Source: Lama glama (Eukaryota). Taken from it: a DNA stretch of 64,000 nucleotides. Position numbers and translations under genes: made by a program. Each line of letters starts with the position of its first letter. Positions within the stretch are counted from its first letter, which is position 1. Shown here piece by piece: positions 13,120 through 25,240 of this stretch. Where the stretch lies: assembly GCA_028534125.1 (NCBI GenBank), contig CM052816.1, forward strand, positions 35,962,001 to 36,026,000. Reading direction: 5' to 3'. Under the pieces are notes generated by a model. The model saw only the letters and a program-made list of their open reading frames with translations, made no database searches and was not told the DNA's origin.

Positions 13120-13505
13120 CTTGGTGAAGTTTGTATCTCCAGTGCTTACACAGTCCTACACAGAGTAGAACCTACAGTCTGTCAGATGAATTCACTGGAT
13201 ACCCTGGACTTACCTCATCCTTGTCACCTTTGCTTGTGCCAGGTAGCCAGGACTACTGTCCCGGCATCCAGCTCATCTATATCCCCCTCTGCCTCTACAC
13301 GTTCATTACACTTACTGATCAGATCATTGTTACGTTTCTTAGTCATGCGATACTTAATAGTTAATCTAAATTTTTGTGTCTGGATTCAGTGAGACTGTAA
13401 ACTATTGGCTAGTAAAGACAGTGCTTGGTACTTCTCAAAATGCCAAGCATAGTGTTTTGCACATAGTAGAGGCTCAGTAAATACCTTGGTGATTAACTTG
13501 TTAAT
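13120..13505 (+). mobile_element. L2 3' fragments
   Basis: 'ttgtatctccagtgcttacacagt' and 'agactgtaaact...gcatagtgttttgcacatagtagaggctcagtaaatac'. Confidence 0.75.
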
Positions 13506-13689
13506 TTTGTCTTTAAGAAAGAGGTTTTGAATGGATAAGTTTCAGAGAAGAATCCAGGTGTTCCACTATATCGAGTTAACTTGGGCATGGTGCTGAAATT
13601 TTCTTGGCCTCAAGTTGTATACTAAATGAAAATTGGTGATGCGTACTCAGGGGAATTATTTTTAGCCTGAACTTTCCAAATTGACTATA

Positions 13690-14000
13690 ATGAGACACAT
13701 CTCTAGAACTTCTCCCTCCCCTCTTCCTGCTTACCTAGCCTTTTAAAACTCACCCCAGGGTCCACCTTATGGCAAGGCCTTCTCCACCTTTCTAATCTCA
13801 GTCTGCTCCTTCTTTGCAACCCTGTAGGATGCTGACTCTCCTCTGTTGTTTGCTTAGTATTTGCAAATACTACAGTGTATTATATTCTAATCATTTGTGT
13901 GTATCTGGCTTCCTTCCATAACTAGATTGCAGCCTCCTTTGAGGTCTCAGGACCGTAGTTGAATCCTTTTGCATACAGCACAGTAATTAGTGTGATGTTT
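13690..14000 (+). mobile_element. L2 fragment
   Basis: 'aaggccttctcc...tgtatctggcttccttccataactagattgcagcctcctttgagg'. Confidence 0.65.
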
Positions 14001-14644
14001 GTCCCTGGATCTAGGGGAAAACATTCAGAAACTTGTTTTGCGTGGCTCTGTTACCTAATAACTGTGTGGGCTGAACAGATCATTCTATCTCTCTGAACCT
14101 AAGCTTTGTCTCACAGAACTTATGAAGAATATTAAGATTATTGATGGGCAGGTGTTACAATTGTTAACCAATGTACTAATGAAAAGATACTGTTATTATT
14201 AATTGTAAAAAGTTTTTTGATCCCGCTGATAGTAAGTTCCTTGAGGGAACTCTGTGTTTTCTATATCTCCAAACTAAGAATCATACCTGATTCTCACACA
14301 CACGGTGCTGAAAAGTATGTTTTTTCTGACCGATACATTAGTAGGCCAGTTGGAAGACCCTGAGAGTCAGTTTTACATATTTTTAATAAGCAATACTTTC
14401 TGACTTAAGAATTTGGGCAGGTTGTCTATCTTTATTTCGAGGTTGGTAGGTAGAGCATCCATAAAAAATAAGAGATTCCAAGCAGTGTCCTAAGTGTGCT
14501 TGGAATAAGTTTTTAAAATATTGAATACTTTTAATTAATAATATATTTGGCCACAGCAAATATAAAGATGCAGTTGAGTGGCTTGTGGTAGGAAATGAAG
14601 GAACGAACTTAAAAAAAGAAGTTATAATTCTTTGTCAGTAATTT

Positions 14645-14815
14645 TATACCCTAGATAGATAATAGAATCACCTGAGTTACCTTTAAAAAAAAATCATATA
14701 CTTGGGCTCTGCCCCAGTGAAGTCAGGATTTATTCTTTGTGTAGAGTGGGCCATTGTTGGTACAGGTGAATGGTGTGAAAGGAACAGGTTCTTTGCTGAT
14801 TTCTACATGCTGTCA
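14645..14815. mobile_element. MER5-like hAT-Charlie fragment
   Basis: 'tagaatcacctgagttacctttaaaaaaaaatcatatacttgggctctgccccag' resembles MER5A. Confidence 0.6.
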
Positions 14816-17800
14816 TTTAGTGTCTTATTAAACTAGCTGCTTCCCTGACAGTAGGTACGTTGCAAAGAAATAGAACACGGAGGGTGGAACAACTATATGG
14901 TGTCATCTGAGTCTTACTAGGAATTCAGTGAATACCTCGTCCATAGGAGGTACATGGTACTAAGTGTGCAGACTTGCTCAGGCAGTGGTCCCTGCCATGG
15001 ATGAGGGCTTGGCTGTAGGAAGAGGGCTGTAGAAGATGCCATGGAATCAGAGGAGACAGGATGCATTGCGCCTTTAAAGAGTAAGGAAAGACTTCAGAGG
15101 ATGAAATTGGAACTTCCCAGGTAAACAAGAAGTGTAGGACTAGATGTTGAATAAGGAATTCTGGCTATTTGCAAAACAAGTGATACCAGCATCTCACCTA
15201 GACGTTGCACACAGTGGCTGTTCCAGGGATGTTAACTGTGAGGAACGACAATGCTGATCTTCATGACTGGAATTAATTGCTAACTCCAGTTCAAAAGGAC
15301 GTCAAGAAATGACTGTCACTGAGTAAGAAAATAGCCCAGACACTACATTCTTTGCATATGACTTTCCCAAATCCAGAATTGTCTTCTTATTACTAGTAGA
15401 AATTATTTGTGCTAGCAAAAATTATCTCTGCTATGAGAGTGCTCTGTATTTTCCCAAATTTAAGAATACTTAGTTTTTGTTCTCTGTAAAATATTCTTGT
15501 GCAATGACGAATGGTATGGAATGTTTCTTTTCAAGCTTCAATGATCTGTCAGTTTTGTTTTCCCATCCTTATTCATGACTCTGTTTCTGTATTTTACCTT
15601 TAGAGTCGTCATAGTCTTAGGAGGAGTGCAGTCAGGCCCATGTAAGACTGTTACACTGAAGTTTTTCAGCGTCATTTGTCTGATGCTGCTGGTAGATCAC
15701 TTTCTTTTTAAACAGCACACTGTGTTGTTCGTTAGGTGGGGGCCATTAGGTCCCCAGTCTCTCTTCTGCTATGTCTGCAGTCATTGTTCACCTGGTACCC
15801 GAGATAGTTATTTTCCTTTCTAAGTCTGCAGTCCTCTCCCCTCCCACCCACCCGCCCACCACGGTTGAATGCCGCCCCTCTATTTCCCTCGTCTCTTGGA
15901 CAATACAGGTTATTATCCTCCATTTATCCCCCAGGTCTGAGAGAGAGCTGGATGAATTAGGTCCTCATATTTTACCCTCTTTTTCTCAGAAAAGCATACA
16001 TGTAGGAGGGTAGGTCATATTCTTTCACAAAACATATAGAAAGTCATTTTTCCAGAGAAAATGGAATATTTTCCTTACTGACAAACTTCCATTACACTTT
16101 TATTTATTTATTTTTTGTGAAAGAAATTTGTGCTGTACAGAATCAGGCTCCATTGGAAGCTATACCACTCCTTCTATCAGTTGCATTTTCCATTAGCACA
16201 TCACTTGATTGATAAATTTCCTAGTATCCTGTTAAGCTGTCAGATTTTGATAAGGTTTCTGGGGAGCTCACATGGAGTGTTCACTTCACCCCGTTTCAGT
16301 GCTGTTTTTCTTATCTGTGGTCCAGCAGAATTAACTTGGGGTTACGGCTTGGCACTTCCTCCTGGTGCTTTCGCTTTGGCGCTGCAAGCATGTCATGAAG
16401 CAGACATAATATGTGTACAAACAGCTAGAGACACTAGTAGACTCTTGTCAGCTAAAGAGCAGAAAAGCCTCTGAACTGTGAAGGAAGGAAAATTGTGTTG
16501 CATACACTAAGGATAGCCTGCTTGAGTTTATCAATGAAACCGCAGCCAGTGTTCTGTATTAAGAAATGAACCAGGTTTCTGTTCCTTATCTTCCCTCCTC
16601 AACACTAGATGGAAAGGTAATTAGTAGCTCATGCAGTTTGCATGTGTTGCTGGCCCTTAGCTCATGTGTTTATGTGAAAACACTCACTGACATACCCAAA
16701 AGGAAAGAGGCCTCAAGTACTGTTCCTTACCTACAGGAGATAGCATTGGACCTTTAGGAGTCTATGTATCCTCACACTCTCTGGTGAAAGTCAAGATCTT
16801 GAAGTATTTACTGCTCCCGGGTCTAATTGGTTTTAATCTGTTGTTATCGTAACAACCTTATCTCTGCAGACAGTGGCATGGATAATATTTGGAGATCAGA
16901 ATTCAAGCCCAGACATACAGTGTCATCTAGCAATTGAATGTTACTTGATAGTTCTGTGTGTGGCTCAGGTGTTGGGGAGCTCCTGCCTCTGGCTGGCAGT
17001 CTTTATAGCATCATAAAATGGTTCTCAGGGGAAGTCCAGATATGGAAAGCTTTCCGAATAGAAATGGCTAGAGAAGCTGGGGTAGAGTGTAGTTCAGGCT
17101 CTCGTGCCGGTTCCAGTCATTGACTATTGCCTAATGACTATGCAGTTCAGGTCTGAGGGATGTTTAATTATTTCTGTTATTGCATTTTGAGAAAAGGATA
17201 AAGAAGCCATCTAGCTCCGTGACACGGATGCTGATATATATTTTGGGGGAGTCCATTAAATGGACCAACATTGCTTTCCACATGCCCAATTTAATCCCTT
17301 GCATGAGAACTACATAAAACATACTCTTTATAGGAGAATTCTTGATGGATGTTTAACTGCAGAGATCTAATTAGATGCAGAGCAAGACTTTCCCCAAATG
17401 ATTAACTGGCAAGATGAGGTAGACCTTCCTTTGTTTTGTTGGGATTTGGGCTTTCTTCCTGTAATATTCCTTTTTATCTTTTAAAATGAGTTTCTGAAGG
17501 CAGAAATGGAGACAGAGCAAGCACTTGACACAGCTAAGGCTTGAAAAGTATTATAGTTATTCTTCTGGGCTTTTCCAGGAGTGGATTACCTCTTTAACTT
17601 CGTGTGGCCTGTGTGGGGGAGATAGGGAGAAGCCCGATTCAGGCTTCTGTGTAGGTGAGCGCCAGAGTGTTCTGCTCATTATATGTTTTAATTGCTCAGT
17701 TCTGCCTGGAATGTAGATTAACTCTCTCACACCTGAAAGAAGATTCCCCCTTCATATGGAGAGCAGTGAAGACAAGACACAATAGGATGACAAATGAGAT

Positions 17801-20149
17801 CGCTAAGTGGAGCCCTGATCAATAGAGAGTGCTGTCCATTTGGGTAATGGACATCCTTGTCATCTCAGCTGTTAAAGAATTCAGCAGAGATGAGTCCCCA
17901 AAGGTCTGCAAAGTCTAAGGCATCCAATACAGGAAACATTACCACCTCCCTTCCCCAACCCCAATAAATAAAAAGGTGCATCTCAGGAGCTCACTCTTTA
18001 GCTGCAGTAAGCTGGCGTGCATGGAATTTATTGCACTCTGTTTTCAAAAATCTGTGCACAAAGCAGAAAGACAACCTGGAGACTGGGGAAGGATGGTCTT
18101 TGTTTTCTCAGGCATTAATGGTGGTATGAACACCTTGGGTAATCTTGTGTGTGGCGAGGAGAGAAGACTTCCGATTTCAAATTAGGAGGTTGTTGAAACT
18201 GCCCTTTTAAAATGTTCTCCCTTCCACCTGGCAATTTAAACCCCACATATTTGGCACCCGAGAAGCTTGACGAATAGCTTTTGTCAGACAGCCATATGGC
18301 AGATGGGGTGGAGGTCACTGCAACGCCCAGCCTTCCTCTCAGCGTTGAGCACCATTCCGTCCACACGTCTGATTCTGACAGAGGACTGTTGATGCTTTTT
18401 CCTTTCTAAATGCCTTCAATATGGCCAGTCTCTACTCCTCAGGAGCTCCAGGCTTTCGTCCACAGTGCACCGTGGAGGCCGGATGGAGGCGATTTCTTCA
18501 TCCGTCTTGCCACTCCTCCTTTAACCCAGCTAGTTTCCCCGGCCCACCTCCCTGCTGGAATGTGCAGCGAGGGTTTCCGGACGGGTGTGCAGAGGAGGGT
18601 GGGTGCGCTGGGCAGTCAGGTGTGGGTCATTAATTTTCAGTGCTGTTGTTTAACTATTAATGAGGTCATGGCCCCAGGGCAAGACGGACTTCACCGATCA
18701 GATGTCTCTCATCTCCCAGCAGGCCGTTCACCTTTAGTCAGAGTTCCACGCTAATAATTGTCCCGGGCGGTGTTCACACACCACTGCTTCATCTCTTAAC
18801 CTCAGCTTCTTCTAGATAAGAAATAATTCCTCCTGCCCATCTCCCCGGTCATCCATCTTCAGCAGGGCCCATAAAACAGAGCCGTTCCCATTTTCCATTA
18901 ACCTCTATGTCCTGAAACTTAGAGCCATATAGACTTCCTCTTCTTGCTCAGTAAGAGACGTCTATCGGCCACCTTTTACAGGAGGTCTTAAATTATGCAG
19001 AAAAGGCAGGCCTCACCTCTGTTGACCTAGCCACCTGCTTTACCTCTTCTTTCTCTCCTATTTACCATTATAGTTGATCATTTGTAGAACTCAGGAAAGT
19101 AATTCACAACTGTCAGCATCTTTATTATATTGCAGCTAGCAGCAGAAATCGTAACCTGAAGGGATATCTACTAAATCAAGATTTCTGTAGCATAAGCAGT
19201 GTAAATGAATTCCTGCACTTTACATTATTATTTTTATAATGTCTTTATTAAAAAGGAAAGGAGAAGATGCCTATTTAGGAGAAGTACGGAATATCCAAAG
19301 GCTGACAGATGCTTAGGGTTGGGAAAAAAAGCACATTAAACATCCTAAGCTCTGGCTCCGGCCCATTTGGAATTGTAGCCATCCCCTCAGCAGGTCAGCA
19401 GCTGACCTCCGCGTGGCTGTGACCTCACCAGCAGTCGAGGGGTGATCCCTATTGCTTCATCCTCCTCCTGTTCTCGAGAGGAGCGCGAGAAAGATCTGTT
19501 CTGCATGACAACCCTTCAACCCAGGTACTGGAGAGTAAGTGTCATGTTTCCTGAGACAGTCTCTCTTCCGGCCAAAAGATCTCCAGTTTTTTCAGCCATT
19601 CCTCATCTGTCACGCTTTCTACAGGTCTGCCATCTTGTCTGCCCCTTCATTTGTCAGTAGAATTTTACAAGAGGACGTCCTGAGCACTGCAGTGGTCTGT
19701 GGTGTGACTATGTAACAAATAAGGCATAGGGTATGTCTCTTGAATTGGACTCTAGGTTTGGATTAAAGGCCAAGATTATTTAGGGTTTAGGGCCCAGCCT
19801 TGTCTCACTGGTTCATGGTGAGCTTGCAATTAACTAAGATCCCTCAGACCAGTTCACATGAGCTCCAGTTAAAGTGGAGAGTCCCCTCCCTTTTAGCTCT
19901 GGGTAGTTGACTCTTTTGAATCTGACTGCAAGGCTTTATTAAAAAATACTTTATTTAAGGGCATCTTGTCAAATTCTGAATCTATCATCTTTTACAGTTT
20001 TAATTCAGTAGAAAAAAAATTTTTTTTAATTCTCTTTACAAAGTGATGCATCTATTCTAGTAATGTATACAAATTTGGCCAAAGGAAATAACACAACTGG
20101 GTGCTTCTTTACGAGAGAGGCAATGCACAGCTCCCAGAAAACAACGATT

Positions 20150-20360
20150 GGCACCAGCTGCCTTTTATCAGTGTGTCCCCTATGCCGGTCCCAGTGTGGA
20201 ACAGTGTCACCATTATTTCTCATCCTTACAACAAACCTACAAGGTGAATATTGTTTCCTCTTTTACGACATGAGGACCAGACTAGGATACGTTAAGTGAC
20301 TTACTTGAGGCCATGACACTAATAAAAGGCATGACCAGGATTTGAGCCCAGATTTTTCTG
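20150..20360 (-). mobile_element. MIR SINE
   Basis: 'catccttacaacaaacctacaaggt...ttttacgacatgagga...gttaagtgacttacttgaggcc...ccaggatttgagcccag'. Confidence 0.85.
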
Positions 20361-20518
20361 TCTTTTCTCTGCCTTGATGTCTGTGTTCAATTGTGTATAT
20401 TAATTTGGCTTTTAAGATAAGTACCCAAGTTCCTGAAAATTTTGCCTAGCAAATCAATGGATTAGAAACCAAGAATAAAATGTTCTCTTAGTGGAGATAA
20501 CTTTCCCCATATATCATC

Positions 20519-20914
20519 TATGGTAGTCATTCAGACATTTACAAAGATTTGGTTCTCTTACTTTGCAGGCATATGGTTGAATTGCACTTCCCAACCCACT
20601 TTATTTTGGTGTGACTAAGTGACTAGCGGCGGTCAACCAAGTGTGAGTGGAAGTGACCCATGTCACTTATAAGCAGGAGCTTTAAGCAGCAGCATATGCT
20701 TGGCCATAGTAGCCACACTGTTTCCCACCTCTGGCATGAGCATAAACAGATGTCAAGATAGTAATTGTCGACCTAGTAGTCTCTGACTACAGTAAGCTCC
20801 TCACTGACCTGCAGTGGGCATATAGGCAAGAAATAAATCTTTATTGTTTTAGGCTACTTAAATTTGGGAGTTGATTGTTACTGCTTTGTAACCTAACCTA
20901 TCCTGACTATTCCA
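20519..20914 (+). mobile_element. MLT1 (ERVL-MaLR) solo LTR, MLT1I/J-like
   Basis: 'gagtggaagtgacccatgtcactt', 'gcaagaaataaatctttattgttttaggctact', and end 'ttgttactgc..taacctaacctatcctgact'. Confidence 0.85.
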
Positions 20915-21135
20915 ACTAGATTACCAAAGCTAGAACATGATTGAAATGTTTGTAATGAATCCTAACCCTTGTTTAAGATTAAAAGAGAAAATATGCACTT
21001 ACCTTAAAAATAAAAGCAAAAACTTCTATACATGAAAACACATAAGACAATCCTGTGTCGGCAATATCTAAAACCTCTATTTTCTTATTATCTATGTTAC
21101 TAACGCACAATGGAATCAGCATTTACATATAGAAC

Positions 21136-21675
21136 ATTATCTTAGCCTGGACTTTCTAGGAGGCAGAGCATGAATCAAAACTTATGTGCTAAAACTTTGT
21201 TGGGAGTCGGGGAGGGTTGACCATGCTATTCCAGGGACATAAGAGTGAGGGGAAAAAATGAATTGAGGCAGGAAAGTTGGGAAAGCAGTACAAGGTGATG
21301 TGTTGTTAAGCTGGCCATAGCTTTAGCACAAAGCAGAAGTGATCACTTGGTCGTGTGGGATGGCACCAGAGAGGCAGTATTTCAGAACCACTCTGCCTTG
21401 GACCAATCCATCAGAGAAAGAAAAGGCAAGCAGTTCATCTACCAGCTCTGTGCCTTTTCCTGTCTCTCACTTGTCAAAATCCCATGATTTCCAGTTTTGC
21501 TGGCTATACCCTGCCAGGCAGCTTCTGGGGAGGCCAGAGCACTTGTGGGCACCGTTGGACAGTGTGTGGAGCATAGCTGGCTCTTCTAGCCAGCTGGTTT
21601 TCTTGGTCTGTGGTGTAGTTAGTGGTGGCAGCCAGAGTTGATCTGGTCTTGTGCATAAATTGAGTCTAGTACAGA
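21136..21675 (-). mobile_element. ERVL LTR (LTR16/LTR33-like)
   Basis: 'tcttagcctggactttctaggaggcagagcatgaatcaaaacttatgtgctaaaactttgttgggag' resembles the reverse LTR16/33 terminus. Confidence 0.55.
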
Positions 21676-21908
21676 CATTAACAAACCTTGAGTCTGGGGC
21701 CTTTTGCTACTTAGGACTTCTGTTCCTCAGCCTGTGAACTGAGTAAGTGGATTGGATGATTTGAAAGACTCCATTATTCTAACATCCCAGTGATTTAGGC
21801 TAGTTTTTAAAGTTGTACCAACCATTTGTCTACCAATATCGAAATAATGCATCAGCTGATCTGATTTAATTGTTAAGAAAATCGAATTACTTGAACCTGA
21901 ACAATCTT

Positions 21909-22079
21909 TTTTTTTATTTAGTTTTACTTTTTTATTTTAAAATTTTAAAATTTTTATACAATTTTAAAGGTTACTTCCCATTTACAGTTATTACAAAATA
22001 TTGACTGTATTCCCTGTGTTGTACAAAATACATCATTGAGCCTGTCTTACACCCAGTAGTTTGTACCTCCCGCTCCTCA
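21909..22079 (-). mobile_element. 5'-truncated L1 3' end (cetartiodactyl type) with perfect 12-bp TSD
   Basis: T-rich tail, then 'aaaggttacttcccatttacagttattacaaaatattg...'. Flanked by ctgaacaatctt at 21897-21908 and 22080-22091. Confidence 0.9.
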
Positions 22080-22125
22080 CTGAACAATCTTAAAAAAAAA
22101 GAAAGAAAGAAAATTTTACCCTAGA

Positions 22126-22360
22126 CAGTGTTTTTTAAATGTTTCTTTTTCACAATGAGCCATAGTAAGAAATTTAAGTATTGGAGAAAACACATATACA
22201 CAAATAGGCACACATAATGAAAATCAAAACTGTACAAAAGAATATTTCCCTTAACATATGTAAGTAACTGTGATATGTTCTATTCAGTTCTATTTCTTAA
22301 AAAAAAAAAAAAACTCAAAACTAATACCTACTAATGGCTCATGATCCAGTTCGGAAAGCC
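22126..22360. mobile_element. hAT-Charlie-type element (MER112/MER117-like, family uncertain)
   Basis: Starts 'cagtgttttttaaa' after ctaga. Ends 'ctactaatggctcatgatccagttcggaaa', resembling Charlie-MER ends. Confidence 0.5.
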
Positions 22361-25029
22361 TAGAACATATCCTACCCATCTGTCTTATCATGTTGTATAT
22401 GGTAAAGTAGCCCTTTACACCTTAATCTAAGTGTATGATAAAACTAAAGTATTACATTTCATTTGCAGTACTTTTGACTATAATGGCATCACTGAAAGAA
22501 ACACTGCGCATTTAATTTTCAAATGGCTTTTATTGTTGTATTTAGGAAGAACCTTCCAGCTGTGAGAAGAGGGAGAGAAAAAATTAATGAACTATTAATA
22601 CAACCAAGAATAGAAGTTTATGGAAGTTAGCTGGAGGGTTTCTTGTCACTTTAGACTCATAGTACGTCCATAAGACTGCCATAATTTAACTGAGAGGTCA
22701 GTCAAGTTTTATCATTCCATCTTTATTAAATTCAGAATTTAACTTTTTTTTTTAACATTATGGAGTTTTAAGTGCACTTCGGAGATGCTCTGAGTAAATT
22801 AAGTTGATGTTCATTGTGATGGCAATAAAAAAAAGTTTCCTAATCATGAATAAGGTACTTAGTAAAAGCCATTGTTACTTATTTTTTTGTAATAACTAAT
22901 AGCCATGGAGTGAGGCCCAGAGGTCCTGTTTCTGGCTTAGTTCAGTAACGAGCGATGCAGATGAAGAAAGATATTTTCCTGTGTCCTCACAGTCAGTGGA
23001 CACAGCAGCCCTGTGAGGTGAGCAGGGTGGGTACTCTTTCCGTTTTTACAGATGACTAAGGTGATGAGTAACTTTCTCTGGAGTTACCAGCCCTGTGTCA
23101 AGATGTGATTTTTGCATTAACAGTGACAGCACGATTTCCTCTAGTCCATTTATCCGCCAGGCTTTATTTCTGGAACATCATTTTATTTCTTGGCTTCTGA
23201 AACAACATCTGTAGGGAACATTCTGAACAGTGTGTACTTCTAGGGGTAAGAGTTATGTGATTGTTCACGTTCTAAGGTTGGGTAGGGGGGCAGGAACGGA
23301 ACCTGGCTGCCTGATGGGGTTATTGTGGGTCATTATCTGACCTTCCTCGGATCCTTCCACATTTTCCACCTTAGTTTTCACATCTGTTAAGTGAGGTTAT
23401 TATGAAACTTCACTACCTGACACGTAGGGTGCCTGTGCACCTGATAAAAGATAATGTATTTGAGAATAGGTGAATTAATTTTATCATTATAATCCTATTG
23501 AGATTGTTACTATTTTCCCTCATCCCATTCTCCCAGTACATACACACATACACACACACACACACCATTAAGAAGAATCCTAAATAGTCATTTTTAAAAG
23601 AAAGTTTATCTAAATAACCAATTTGCAAACAAGAACATGGGTTATTTGGGTTTTCTGGTTCTTAGACAAAATACGAGGCCGTGTTTTCAGGCCAGGTACT
23701 TAAATAACGTAATTTTTCCCAGCACAAAAGTATTTTCTCCTGATCTACCCAGGAGAAAATAAAGTAGAAATCTGATCTTTTCTAGTTGGTGATTCTGTAT
23801 CAAAAAATGTAACTACACATGGTACCTACAGTTGTTATATTAAAAGAAGAGCATAGGTAGAGTCCCTTTCTTTTCACTTTAAACCCTCTTGTCATAACTT
23901 GCAGACTTTTCTAATGGCTTGACTGTATTTTTCTGGCATGCTCAGTTAGAGGATCACTGCAACTGAAGAAGCTGGAATTTCACATTGTACTTAAGAGTTT
24001 ATCCTCTCACTCCTCTTTTTTACCATAACGCTTAATTATTTAGGAATCTGCTTTCCTGATCTTAGGATGACTTGCTCCTCCATTGATTTAGTTGTTAGCA
24101 TGAAATAATGCACTTTCACATTCAGAAGTAAATCCTGTTCTGGTCTTCTCTGTACCCTTTTCACTTGGGAAACTGTTTAATCAGAGAATCTATTTATAAT
24201 CCATGACAATGTAAAAGCACACATAAAGATGATTTCTAGAAAGGCAGACTCGTATGGCTTTTGCTTGTGGAATATAGCAGAGTAACCATGGCAAAGGGTG
24301 TCTGTGTTCAGATCCAGACACGTCTGGGCTGTTTGCTTTCTCCTGGCAGAGTGAGCAGAAATCCCATGTAAACCCAGTCCTGGTTTCAGGAAGAATGTTT
24401 CCATGTAAACCTTATGTTGGAATGAATTGATGAAGAGAAAATGTAACTCCGGCTGTAGACCCAAGGAGCTAGAACCAGGATCAGGCTTCTCTTTTGAGTC
24501 TTTGAGTCTTCTAGATGAATTTGATTGTTAGAAAAGCAGTGTCCTCCTTCTAAAATCTAAAATCTAGTTTGTAAGATTATTCTAGAATGATACAACTTCT
24601 TTGTCCTTTTAACTTCCTCTATAAGCTAATAAATTGCTGTGGTTTTCTGTGATTGTGTACTGATGGTTATAAGCAAAATGGTATCATGTATTCTTTTGAT
24701 TGACTTTCTGGGGCAGTTCTGGTGCTTCTGCATGTCCGTCAGAAACATCTCCTATAGAGCAATCTAAATTTGATTGCTAACTAAATGAAAGCTTTGAAAG
24801 AAAGAAAAAATTAGAATTAGGTTTTAGGAGAATCAGAGCACTTCCCATTGCTGCAGATTTGAGTGAGGTGCTCATTGCTCAAAAAAACCCTTGAAATTGA
24901 AATATCCTCATTAACATAAGAATTAGGGAAACAGAGAAGAAAGCAACATACATTGACTATGCTGTAAACACTACGTTTATATCCACTGTGACATGTGCTG
25001 GCCACATATCCACTATGTGCCCAGTGCTT

Positions 25030-25240
25030 TTTCCTATCCATGCCCTCATTACTCTCCCAATCACATTAATCTCAAACCTTCCCAGAGTTATCTTCATTTT
25101 TATGTAAGAAATGGAGGCTCAGAGAGGTTAGCTTTTCTGCCTGAGGCCCTCCAAGCAATGCTGGATATGAAAGAAAATCCCTTTAGGGTATCTCTGACTC
25201 TGAAACTCATGTTCTTTTCCCTTATGCCATGCTGTTACTC
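25030..25240 (-). mobile_element. MIR SINE
   Basis: 'ttcatttttatgtaagaaatggaggctcagagaggttag...gcctgaggcc...tctgactctgaaactcatgttcttt'. Confidence 0.8.

Noticed and set aside
17833..17853. 8-bp inverted repeat tgtccatt/aatggaca (and a 7-bp one near 50221)
   Set aside because: Short stems of this size are expected by chance in 64 kb.
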